In this document: piece after piece, positions 1-8,045 of the stretch
Layout: every line of letters begins with the position of its first letter
Numbering within the stretch: position 1 is the stretch's first letter
Assembly: GCA_944388385.1 (NCBI GenBank)
Contig: CALXIO010000004.1
Span: forward strand, 20,226-84,225
DNA: 64,000 nucleotides
Source: an uncultured Ruminiclostridium sp.
GTDB lineage: Bacteria; Bacillota; Clostridia; Oscillospirales; Ruminococcaceae
Direction: 5' to 3'
The notes under the pieces: model-generated
Database searches by the model: none
What the model saw: the letters and a program-made list of their open reading frames with translations, nothing else
What the model was told of the DNA's origin: nothing
Made by a program: the position numbers and the translations under genes

Positions 1-2
1 CC

Positions 3-86
3 CCCTCAGATCCCCTGCGTTCTGTGGATTGCGTAAAGCAGAGATATGAGCTTATCTCAAAAAATCTTGAATTTCTTTCAAAGTAA
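3..86 (+). CDS. 3' end of an unidentified CDS entering from the left edge (partial)
   Basis: This is the only frame open from the window edge. It stops at TAA 84-86 and a hairpin terminator follows. It is too short to name. Confidence 0.3.
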   Translation, partial: PSDPLRSVDCVKQRYELISKNLEFLSK

Positions 87-106
87 GGTTAATATTTAAA
101 AATAAA

Positions 107-136
107 AGCTGTATGGTATCCATACAGCTTTTTTAT
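107..136 (+). terminator. Rho-independent terminator
   Basis: Stem AGCTGTATG / CATACAGCT with a 5-nt loop, followed by TTTTTT. Confidence 0.75.
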
Positions 137-164
137 TGCATTTTGCAGAAAATTCTGATATAAT
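136..164 (+). promoter_or_regulatory. Sigma-A type promoter of the macro-domain gene
   Basis: TTGCAT, 17-nt spacer, TATAAT, about 25 nt upstream of the GGGAGG RBS and ATG 189. Confidence 0.6.
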
Positions 165-188
165 AGAGAATATGAAGGGAGGATATTT

Positions 189-1208
189 ATGCCTTTATTT
201 TTAGTTCGTAATGATATTACAAAAATGGAGTGCGACGCTATTGTCAATGCCGCAAATTCCTCCTTACTTGGCGGTGGCGGTGTTGACGGCGCTATTCATA
301 AAGCTGCCGGTCCTGAGCTTTTAGAAAAAACAAAAACATTAGGAGGCTGTGAGCCCGGTAAGGCTAAGCTTACAAAGGGCTATAAGCTGCCTGCTTCATA
401 TATTATACATACAGCAGGTCCTAAGTGGCATGGCGGAAATGAGGGCGAGGCTGATATACTTAAAAGCTGTTATGTCTCCTGCCTTGAAATTGCAAAGAAG
501 AATAAATTCAAGACTGTCGCCTTCCCTCTTATATCCACAGGCATTTACGGTTATCCTAAGGATGAGGCCATGAGAATAGCCTGTGATACCATTGAGGAAT
601 TTTTAATTTCCGGTCCGGATATGATGGTATACCTTGTTTTCTTTGATACCGGCTCTTATTGTATCGGCAAGGAATTATATAAGGAAATCGCCTGCTTTAT
701 TGATGATAACTATTATGAGGCTTACAGAGAGCCGGGGCATGACAGGGACGCCAGACTGCAAAACAGCGCATCCATTACCGGGAATATGTTCCCAAGTGAA
801 GTGGGACGTTCATTTACTGAGGATGATATTACAGAATGTCAGTATTCCATTGAATCAATGGTAAGGCACATGGATGAGAGCTTCACTGACTATCTACTTA
901 AAAAGATAGATGAAAAGGGCATTACTGATACAGAATGCTATAAAAGAGCCAATGTGGACAGAAGGCTGTTTTCAAAAATTCGCAGTAACAGGCTGTACCA
1001 CCCTAAAAAATATACCGCTATTGCCTTTGCTGATGCTTTAAGGCTTAATCTTGCCGAAACCAATGAGCTTCTTATGAAGGCGGGGTATATTCTTACCCAT
1101 AGCAGTAAGGCGGATACTATCATTGAATACTGCATCAATAATAACATTTATGATATTTATAAAATAAATGAAACGCTATTCTCCTTTGATCAGCCCTTGC
1201 TTGGATAA
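189..1208 (+). CDS. Macro-domain (ADP-ribose / O-acetyl-ADP-ribose hydrolase-like) protein with a C-terminal helical HTH-like extension
   Basis: The N-terminal ~165 aa carry macro-domain motifs (DAIVNAANSSLLGGGGVDGAIHKAAG, IIHTAGP, ISTGIYGYP). The C-terminal ~110 aa (ECYKRANVDRRLFSKIRSN...AIAFADALRLNLAETNELLMKAGY) look like a short HTH module. RBS GGGAGG. Confidence 0.85.
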   Translation: MPLFLVRNDITKMECDAIVNAANSSLLGGGGVDGAIHKAAGPELLEKTKTLGGCEPGKAKLTKGYKLPASYIIHTAGPKWHGGNEGEADILKSCYVSCLEIAKKNKFKTVAFPLISTGIYGYPKDEAMRIACDTIEEFLISGPDMMVYLVFFDTGSYCIGKELYKEIACFIDDNYYEAYREPGHDRDARLQNSASITGNMFPSEVGRSFTEDDITECQYSIESMVRHMDESFTDYLLKKIDEKGITDTECYKRANVDRRLFSKIRSNRLYHPKKYTAIAFADALRLNLAETNELLMKAGYILTHSSKADTIIEYCINNNIYDIYKINETLFSFDQPLLG

Positions 1209-1297
1209 AATGTCGCATTCAATGCGACCACTTACCTTCGTTTATGTGTTATACTCTGATTGTAAGAATTAAACACATAAAAACGGAGGTATTTTTT

Positions 1298-1931
1298 ATG
1301 AAGAAGAATTTAACAGAAATCGTATTTATACTTGACAGAAGCGGCTCTATGTACAGCCTTACCGATGATACCATAGGGGGATTTTATTCTCTTATGGACA
1401 GTCACAAAAAGGAAGAAGGAGAATCCCTTGTATCCACCCTGCTGTTTAACCACGAAACAGAGGTTATTCATGACAGAAAGAATATAAAGGATATACCCTA
1501 TATGACAAAAAAGGATTATCACGCTGATGGATCTATCGCCCTTTATAGGCGGTGCGGTAAAGCATATTTCAAATATGCATAAATACATAAGAGATGAGGA
1601 TGTGCCGGAAAACACCATATTTATAATAATCACCGACGGCATGGAAAATGCCAGCCATAAGTACAGCGCAGATAAGGTAAAGAAAATGATTAAGGACAAG
1701 AAAAAGCAGGGCTGGGAGTTTTTATTTATCGGGGCTAACATTGATGCTGTAACCACCGCAGAAAGCTTTGGTATAGATAAATCAAGGGCTGTTGATTATC
1801 ATGCGGATGCTATAGGTACAGCTACCGTATTTACTGCGGTGACGGAAAACATCTCCTATATGAGAAAAAATAACGCCCTGTCTGATGACTGGGCGGATGA
1901 TATTAAAAAGGATTATAAAAGCAGAAAATAA
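1298..1931 (+). pseudogene. von Willebrand factor A (vWA) domain gene interrupted by a +1 frame change
   Basis: ATG 1298 follows GGAGG. The MIDAS motif DRSGSM is in frame A, which stops at 1582. The rest of the vWA fold (IIITDGMENAS...FLFIGANID) continues in the +1 frame from 1527. The switch must lie within 1527-1582, near GCCCTTTAT. Confidence 0.7.
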
Positions 1932-1933
1932 GA

Positions 1934-2770
1934 TTATGAGCCTAAGTGCTTTCCGTACTGCTTTTTAAGGCTTTGTATCTTTTCCAGCCGTGAAAGTGCG
2001 GTATCTCCAAGTCTTGCAGAAAGGGAAAGTATAAGGGCATCAATTACCGCTACAGGGGCAGTCATGGAATGATATTCGTCTTCTTCCCCACGGTATACAA
2101 AAAGCTCAATATCTGCTGTGGTGCTTTCGTTATGATAAAGCCTGCTTGTAAATAAAAGGGTCTTATAGCCGGCGGTTTTGCCGTAATCAAGAATTATTTT
2201 TCCCTGGGAGGATATTTTTGAAAATCCGAACATTGTAACAAGGTCATCCCCATTCATAAGTGCAAGATTTTCAAGCAATTCCGATGCTCCCGGTGAAATA
2301 AGGCATACATCTATACCTATTCTGCGAAGCCTGAATTCAAGAAGTCCGGCAGGAGAACGGGAGGCATTTTTAGCAAAGATAAAAACTCTCTTTGCGTTAT
2401 AGATAGCCTCTACTGCCCCTTTAAATTCGTTCTGATCCAGTAATTCAGAGGTTTTCTGAATATAATACTGCTGTTGTACAAGCCATTCTGAAAGTAAATT
2501 ATCTGTGCCTGTCTGTAGGGTTTTCTTTAGCTTTACGGCAGGCCCTTTTTTTAAGGTCTGCTCCATAATTATCTGCTTTAGCTGTTTGAAATCCTCACAG
2601 CCCACATGACGGGCAAATCTGGATATGGTAGCCTCAGAAATATTTAAGGTACGGGACAGCTGTACAATGGTCATACAGAAAAATTCATCTCTGTGACCGG
2701 CTATGTATTCAATTATTGTCTGCTCTGCTGTGGTAAATCTTGCAGGGGTTATGGGAAACGAAAAATTCAT
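1934..2770 (-). CDS. MurR/RpiR-family transcriptional regulator (HTH + SIS domain)
   Basis: N-terminal HTH_6-like segment (TIVQLSRTLNISEATISRFARHVG), C-terminal SIS-like segment, RBS AAGGAG. It is the last gene of the ECF operon. Confidence 0.85.
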   Translation of the reverse strand: MNFSFPITPARFTTAEQTIIEYIAGHRDEFFCMTIVQLSRTLNISEATISRFARHVGCEDFKQLKQIIMEQTLKKGPAVKLKKTLQTGTDNLLSEWLVQQQYYIQKTSELLDQNEFKGAVEAIYNAKRVFIFAKNASRSPAGLLEFRLRRIGIDVCLISPGASELLENLALMNGDDLVTMFGFSKISSQGKIILDYGKTAGYKTLLFTSRLYHNESTTADIELFVYRGEEDEYHSMTAPVAVIDALILSLSARLGDTALSRLEKIQSLKKQYGKHLGS

Positions 2771-2802
2771 AATGCTCCTTTTAATCGGGAATGGGGTGCG
2801 CT

Positions 2803-3624
2803 TTAGCCCTTTGCTCTTAATACTGCCGGGGATTCGCCTGATTTTCTGAGTAATACAGAAACATAATCTCCCCCAAGGGCGTGTATTTCCTTTAATGCTC
2901 TTTTAAGCAGTGTTGCGGTATTTACCTTAAATGCCGCCTCCGGATTTATATTTATGCTGTATCGTCCGGCATACATTTCCTGCTTTAAAACTGAAATAGT
3001 GTCAAATTCCTTCTCAAACTTTGTACGGATACAGCCATACTGTACCGCCTGATGAGTGTCACTTCCGGCTACTACAGGCTTTGAAAGCATCCGTCCGAAT
3101 TCGCAGGTCATAGCCTTTGTTCTGTGGGGGTCAAGGGCTATATCCTTACCGTTCATATCAATAAAGTCAAAGTATCTTAAAAGTGAAGGGGGTAACTGAG
3201 GAATATGTCCTCCCTCTCTGAAGGGGTGTCCTGCTCCCACTAATACGGGATATTCCGAAAACATCTCAAAAAGCTGCTTTGCAGGAAGGAATGAGCCCTT
3301 CTTTTTATAAGGCTCCAAACGTCGGTTAAGCTCCAGTATTGCATCCATAGGTCCTACCGTAAGCACATGGCCTCCCTCTGCTATATCTGTTTCCATACCG
3401 GGGAAAACCTTCAGTTCTCCGAACATAAAGCAATCTCCGACAGGTGTTCCTGTCTTTTTGATGTAGTTATAAAGCACATCAAACTGCTGTGTGTTAAAAT
3501 GCTCGGTAAGGCATATAGCATCAAGGCCGGAGGACTTTGCCTCCCCTAAAAGCCAGTTTGTATAATCTGTTGAAAAGGGCAGATATTTTGCCAGCTTGCC
3601 GTGGGTGTGAAAATCTACGTACAT
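2803..3624 (-). CDS. PHP-domain metal-dependent phosphoesterase
   Basis: MYVDFHTHGK start motif, TEHFN, GAGHPFREGG and AGSDTHQ histidine/aspartate clusters typical of the PHP fold. Confidence 0.8.
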   Translation of the reverse strand: MYVDFHTHGKLAKYLPFSTDYTNWLLGEAKSSGLDAICLTEHFNTQQFDVLYNYIKKTGTPVGDCFMFGELKVFPGMETDIAEGGHVLTVGPMDAILELNRRLEPYKKKGSFLPAKQLFEMFSEYPVLVGAGHPFREGGHIPQLPPSLLRYFDFIDMNGKDIALDPHRTKAMTCEFGRMLSKPVVAGSDTHQAVQYGCIRTKFEKEFDTISVLKQEMYAGRYSININPEAAFKVNTATLLKRALKEIHALGGDYVSVLLRKSGESPAVLRAKG

Positions 3625-3640
3625 ATATATTTCTCCGTTA

Positions 3641-4474
3641 TTAAATTAAAGTGGAAACCAGTATGGTTACTGCTATCCATAAAAATGAAACCGCTAAGAA
3701 TAAAAGGTCGTTATTTGACATTTTAAGACAGGAAAGTCTTATCTTCTTTACATTCTTATTTACTGCGGCATAGCGATAACCCTTAATTTCAAGTACCTCA
3801 ACAGTGGTTCTTGAACGCTTTGCCGTATTAAGCATAAGGGGATAAAATGAATGAATGATTATCTTTATCTGATACACAAGGTATTTAATTTTTCCGATAA
3901 AGCTCTTATGCTCAGGGGGATTTCCTCTTAAGCGGTAGGAAAGCAGGATATTCTGAAATTCCTCCATAAGTATGGGAAGCATTCTATAAGCATAGGAAAT
4001 TGAAAAGGACAGTCTTTCGGGACAGCCGTACCACATAAGACCGTTAGCCAGCTTATCAGGGTCCATTCCGGAAAATACCGTAACAGATGCAAGAGAAACA
4101 GTAGCCACCTTTAAGGTAAGTATAAGAAGCGGTGCAATAGCAGAAGCATCACCGCCGAAAATAAGGGTAACTATAAGTAAATATCCTGTCTGGGAAAATA
4201 CACCCAGTCCGAAAAGGAAAAGTACAAGTCCTGCTACCCTTGCCATTATTGTGGTAACAGCCACCAGCACAAAGCAGCCTATAAGGAAAGGAATATCACT
4301 TACAAACCAGGGTACAAGTCCGAAAAAGAGATACCAGATAAGAAGTATTCTGGGATCCATTCCGGCTATTACCGTGTCATTATTTCCATAGGCATTTTTA
4401 AGTACCTGATTTCTCAGAAAATCAATGGACAGCTTATCCAGTATATTTTCGGATAACTTTTCTCCTATTTTCAT
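3641..4474 (-). CDS. ecfT: ECF transporter transmembrane (T) component, EcfT/CbiQ family
   Basis: Polytopic membrane protein with the SYRLRG-type Ala-Arg-Gly coupling motif region. I prefer ATG 4474 (RBS GAAGGAAGGG, 1 nt after the ecfA stop) over the ORF-track start at 4492. Confidence 0.85.
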   Translation of the reverse strand: MKIGEKLSENILDKLSIDFLRNQVLKNAYGNNDTVIAGMDPRILLIWYLFFGLVPWFVSDIPFLIGCFVLVAVTTIMARVAGLVLFLFGLGVFSQTGYLLIVTLIFGGDASAIAPLLILTLKVATVSLASVTVFSGMDPDKLANGLMWYGCPERLSFSISYAYRMLPILMEEFQNILLSYRLRGNPPEHKSFIGKIKYLVYQIKIIIHSFYPLMLNTAKRSRTTVEVLEIKGYRYAAVNKNVKKIRLSCLKMSNNDLLFLAVSFLWIAVTILVSTLI

Positions 4475-4475
4475 A

Positions 4476-6170
4476 TTAAGCCCTTCCTTCAAACTTATCT
4501 AAAAATTCATCAATGGTATAGCATAGGGCATCCTTGTTTATTTCCTGCCCCAAGGAGAATATCTCCGGGGGACGGATACCCACCTTATTTACAATATCCG
4601 GATTTCCGAATATTTCGTTGCGGTTGCCGTCGGCCACCACTTCACCGTTATATAATACTATAATGCGTTCCGCCCATTCGCATACAAGCTGCATATCATG
4701 GGTGGCAATAACCACGGTTTCGGTTATTTCCTTCATGTCCTCTAAGGTGCGCATTATTTCCTTTCTCGTGGCAATATCAAGGTTTGCCGTAGGCTCATCA
4801 AGAAGAAGTATTCCGGGATTTAAGGCAACACCGATAGCAAGGCTTGCCCTTCTCATCTGACCGCCGGATAAAAGCCTGCCGTCTCTGTCCTTAAGCTCAG
4901 TAAGACGGAAGCACTTTAACAATTCCTCTGTACGCTCCATGCAGTTTTCCACATTTCTTACCTCCATAGCATAGGAAATATCCCCATATATGGAGTCCTT
5001 TATAAACATATCCTCGGGATTTTGATATACCATGGAAATCTGCCTTGAAAGTGCTTCCGGCTTTACATTCTTGATACTTTTGCCGTTTAAAAGTACCTCG
5101 CCTGTGCCGGGCTTTAAAAGTCCCACAAGTAACTTCATCATGGTGGATTTTCCTGCACCGTTAGAGCCGATAAGGGCGATTTTATTACCCTTATTTATAT
5201 CTAAGTTCAGATTTTTAAATACAGTATGGGGCTCTCCCTTTACGGTTCTGTATGATACAGAAACATTCCTGAAGGAGGCTACCGCCTCGCTATTGTCTGA
5301 GGGAATTAAGGGGGCAGAGGTATTTATATCATCCTTTAGTGCGAATAAATCCTTTGCCTTTTCTATGGTTACGGGAAGAGGGGTATTGTCATTAAGTCCC
5401 CCTGCCCTTTTCATACGGTGGGCGGCTATTGTTACCTGGGGAGGGAATATATTACACTCCTGTAATTCCTCTACCTGCTGTAATGCCTCCTCGGTAGGTA
5501 ATACCCATTTTAATTCTCCGTCCTTTAAAAGCATTACGTGTTTGCAGAAGTCTGCTATATATTCGGTGTGATGCTCTATTACTATAATAGTCTTACCGTG
5601 GTTTTCGTTAAGGTTCTTAAGCACTCGGTAAATTCCGTCGGCGTGCTTAGGGTCAAGCTGTGCTATGGGCTCATCCAGTATAAGCACCTCGGGCTGTAAG
5701 GAAACCGCCCCTGCAAGGGCTAAAAGGTGGGTCTGGCCGCCGGATAACTGCCATATAAAGTCATCCTCCTTGCCACTGAGTCCGCATTGTTCAAGGGCTT
5801 TAAGTCCACGCTCCTTATAGTCTGTCATAGCGTAATTAAGACAGGCATAGGAAGCATCATCAAGGACTGTGGGGCGGATTATCTGATTTTCAAAATCCTG
5901 ATATACATATCCTACCTTGCGGGCAAGGTCAGCCACATCCGCTGTACGGGTATCAAGCTCACAGGCCTTTACACTACCCTTGAAATCTCCGCCTATAAAC
6001 TGGGGAATAAGGCCGTTTAGAGTCTTGCAAAAAGTGGACTTCCCACAACCGTTGTTGCCAACGATTGCAAGAAAGTCCCCTTTTTCGATATTAACTGTAA
6101 CATCCTTCAGGGTGGGCTTGTCCGCCCCCGGATATGAGTAGGTAAGATGCTTGGTTTCTATCACATTCAT
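4476..6170 (-). CDS. ecfA: ECF transporter fused double ATPase (EcfA1-EcfA2 type ABC protein)
   Basis: Two Walker A motifs (GNNGCGKST, GSNGAGKST), two ABC signatures (LSGGQ twice) and two Walker B motifs (ILDEP, LLDEP). Confidence 0.93.
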   Translation of the reverse strand: MNVIETKHLTYSYPGADKPTLKDVTVNIEKGDFLAIVGNNGCGKSTFCKTLNGLIPQFIGGDFKGSVKACELDTRTADVADLARKVGYVYQDFENQIIRPTVLDDASYACLNYAMTDYKERGLKALEQCGLSGKEDDFIWQLSGGQTHLLALAGAVSLQPEVLILDEPIAQLDPKHADGIYRVLKNLNENHGKTIIVIEHHTEYIADFCKHVMLLKDGELKWVLPTEEALQQVEELQECNIFPPQVTIAAHRMKRAGGLNDNTPLPVTIEKAKDLFALKDDINTSAPLIPSDNSEAVASFRNVSVSYRTVKGEPHTVFKNLNLDINKGNKIALIGSNGAGKSTMMKLLVGLLKPGTGEVLLNGKSIKNVKPEALSRQISMVYQNPEDMFIKDSIYGDISYAMEVRNVENCMERTEELLKCFRLTELKDRDGRLLSGGQMRRASLAIGVALNPGILLLDEPTANLDIATRKEIMRTLEDMKEITETVVIATHDMQLVCEWAERIIVLYNGEVVADGNRNEIFGNPDIVNKVGIRPPEIFSLGQEINKDALCYTIDEFLDKFEGRA

Positions 6171-6172
6171 GA

Positions 6173-7024
6173 TTACACGTCTTTTCCTACAGGCTCGCTC
6201 TTTGTTCTCATTCTCATTACAAGAACTATTACTACAGCTACTGCGGCAGCTACTACCATGCCTATTGCGAATGCTGTGGAGCTTTCTGCCCAGTCAGCCT
6301 CCCAATCAATAAGGCTCATGCCGTTTTCAGCTAAGAATTCAGCGCCTACTGCTACTGCAAAGGCAACTACACATCCTAAGATTGCCTTCCAACCGATATT
6401 ACCAAGGGCTGTTTCCTTAGTTCTGGGCTGCATACCAAGTAAGGGCTCAATCTTGCCGTGGAGCTTGGGTACTAAGAAGAGTGTGGGAAGCAGGCAGAAG
6501 AGAATTCCTGAGAAGAGAAGGTCATTTGCAAAGGCGAAGCCCTCTGTTGCAAATACGCTTTCGGGAAGTCCTGCCACAGCCTCAAAGTCCTCTATTGCAA
6601 ACTGTACCTTGAGGATATCCACAACAGTTCCTAAAAGAAGCTGGATTGCTGTACCGCCGAATGCGGCAATTCCTACAAGCTTTCTGTTTTCGGGATTTGA
6701 AACAAGGCGGCCTGCTATGTAAACACCGATTGTTACGGTGATGAACTTTTCAAGCTCACCAAGTCCGCCGAACTGTCCTAACATAATTTCACCGAATACC
6801 AATTCACCGGTAGCGGCGCCTAAGGCAACGGACATAGGATCAAAAAGCATAGCCAGTGTAAGGGGTATAAAGAGGAAATATTCAACGGAAAATTCCACAA
6901 TACCTACCTGGAATTTAGGGATAAGCTCAGTAAAAAGGGTTGCAAGGCCGTAAAGTGCCATTGTCAGCACAAACACCATCAGCTTCTGTGAAGCGTTGGC
7001 TGAATTCTTCATTGTGTTAGACAT
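6173..7024 (-). CDS. Putative ECF substrate-capture (S) component, atypically long polytopic membrane protein
   Basis: Hydrophobic 283-aa protein encoded immediately upstream of ecfA (2-nt gap). RBS GGAGG. The assignment rests on position and hydrophobicity only. Confidence 0.55.
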   Translation of the reverse strand: MSNTMKNSANASQKLMVFVLTMALYGLATLFTELIPKFQVGIVEFSVEYFLFIPLTLAMLFDPMSVALGAATGELVFGEIMLGQFGGLGELEKFITVTIGVYIAGRLVSNPENRKLVGIAAFGGTAIQLLLGTVVDILKVQFAIEDFEAVAGLPESVFATEGFAFANDLLFSGILFCLLPTLFLVPKLHGKIEPLLGMQPRTKETALGNIGWKAILGCVVAFAVAVGAEFLAENGMSLIDWEADWAESSTAFAIGMVVAAAVAVVIVLVMRMRTKSEPVGKDV

Positions 7025-7122
7025 AATTCTACCTCCATGGGTTTTTTGTTTGTTTTTTCTTACAAGCCTATTATTACATTTTCCTTGTAAAAGCTACTAC
7101 CATAGTTTGATAAAATGTCTGT

Positions 7123-7163
7123 AAAATTTTCATAATGAAAATTTATGAATGAAAATTTTCATT
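7123..7163. promoter_or_regulatory. Operator-like array of two palindromes upstream of the ECF operon
   Basis: AAAATTTTCAT-A-ATGAAAATTT (7123-7144) and AATGAAAATTTTCATT (7148-7163). Four copies of the half-site ATGAAAATTT are arranged head to head. Confidence 0.5.
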
Positions 7164-7170
7164 AAGATTA

Positions 7171-7201
7171 TAAAATAACCCCTCCGATTTTCACGGAGGG
7201 G
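7171..7201 (-). terminator. Rho-independent terminator of sigG
   Basis: On the minus strand, CCCCTCCG - 7-nt loop - CGGAGGGG followed by TTATTTTAT. Confidence 0.8.
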
Positions 7202-7206
7202 TAAAA

Positions 7207-7992
7207 TTATAGCTGTCTTTTTATCTTCCCTAATGCGCCCTTTTCAAGTCTTGATACCTGTGCCTGACTTATTCCTATTTCGCTTGCCACCTCTACCTGG
7301 GTCTTGCCCTTGAAAAATCTTAAATCAAGAATATGCTTTTCCCTGTCATCAAGGGAATGAAGGGCATCCTTTAATACTATTTCATCAAGCCAGGTTCTGT
7401 CGTCGTTTTTATCCCCTATCTGATCCATCATATAGATAGTATCCCCGGATTCAGAATAAACCGGCTCATACAAAGAAACAGGGTCGCTTACCGCTTCTAA
7501 GGCTATTACTACATCATGCCTGTCAGTGTCTAACTCCTTTGCGATTTCTTCAACGGTGGCCTCCTTGCCTGATTTTGAGGTCAGCTTTTCCTTTGCCTGC
7601 ATGGCTCTGTAGGCAAGATCCCTCATGGATCTGCTTACCCTTACTGAATTGCTGTCCCTCATATACCGCCTTAATTCTCCCATTATCATAGGCACAGCAT
7701 AGGTGCTGAATTTTACCCCGAATTCGGTGGAAAAATTGTCTATGGCCTTTATAAGCCCTATGCACCCCACCTGAAACAGATCGTCCGGCGGCTCTCCCCT
7801 GCCTGCAAAACGCTGAATTACGCTTAATACAAGCCTCAGATTACCGCTTATAAGCTGTTCCCTTGCATTTTCATCCCCCTGCTTTATCTTTAAAAGCAGC
7901 TCGTTTTTCTCGGACTCCTTTAATACCTTTAAGGAGGAGGTATTAACACCGCTTATTTCAACCTTATTGTAATACAAAAAAACACCGCCCAT
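7207..7992 (-). CDS. sigG: Sporulation sigma factor G (forespore, late)
   Basis: NKVEISGVNTS...GNLRLVLSVIQRF...DDLFQVGCIGLIKAIDNF...VKFSTYAVPMIMGELRRY...GISQAQVSRLEK is collinear with B. subtilis SigG. The true start may be TTG 7977, because ATG 7992 lies inside a hairpin. Confidence 0.92.
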   Translation of the reverse strand: MGGVFLYYNKVEISGVNTSSLKVLKESEKNELLLKIKQGDENAREQLISGNLRLVLSVIQRFAGRGEPPDDLFQVGCIGLIKAIDNFSTEFGVKFSTYAVPMIMGELRRYMRDSNSVRVSRSMRDLAYRAMQAKEKLTSKSGKEATVEEIAKELDTDRHDVVIALEAVSDPVSLYEPVYSESGDTIYMMDQIGDKNDDRTWLDEIVLKDALHSLDDREKHILDLRFFKGKTQVEVASEIGISQAQVSRLEKGALGKIKRQL

Positions 7993-8019
7993 ACTTAAAA
8001 TCTTGTTTTAAGTATGGGC
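7987..8019 (-). promoter_or_regulatory. Perfect 14-bp stem-loop covering the sigG start codon and Shine-Dalgarno region
   Basis: GCCCATACTTAAAA - CAAGA - TTTTAAGTATGGGC on the minus strand, followed by GGTGTTTTTTTG. The 3' arm contains ATG 7992 and the GGGCGGTG SD-like sequence. Confidence 0.7.
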
Positions 8020-8038
8020 AGTTTGATTTAAATTATTC
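8009..8038 (-). promoter_or_regulatory. Candidate forespore (sigma F/G type) promoter of sigG
   Basis: GAATA, 17 nt, CATACTTA. This approximates GHATR-N17/18-CATxxTA with one -10 mismatch. The -10 lies in the 5' arm of the hairpin. Confidence 0.4.
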
Positions 8039-8045
8039 TGTAAAA

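Noticed and set aside
1210-1230. The hairpin GTCGCATT-CA-ATGCGAC between the macro-domain gene and the vWA gene, considered as a terminator.
   Set aside because: There is no T-run after the stem. Whether it separates the two genes transcriptionally cannot be decided from sequence.
4534-6722. Antisense ORFs of 108-191 aa (4534-4860, 5032-5571, 5787-6141, 6147-6722) opposite the ECF genes.
   Set aside because: They lie entirely inside well-supported genes on the other strand. They lack RBSs and have a biased Ser/Pro/Ala/Thr composition typical of antisense frames.
7025-7122. The leader of the ECF S-component gene, inspected for a vitamin riboswitch (THI-box, FMN, cobalamin, preQ1, THF).
   Set aside because: It is only about 100 nt, very AT-rich, and has no conserved riboswitch core sequences. 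Only a weak TTACAAG / CTTGTAA hairpin without a U-run is present.
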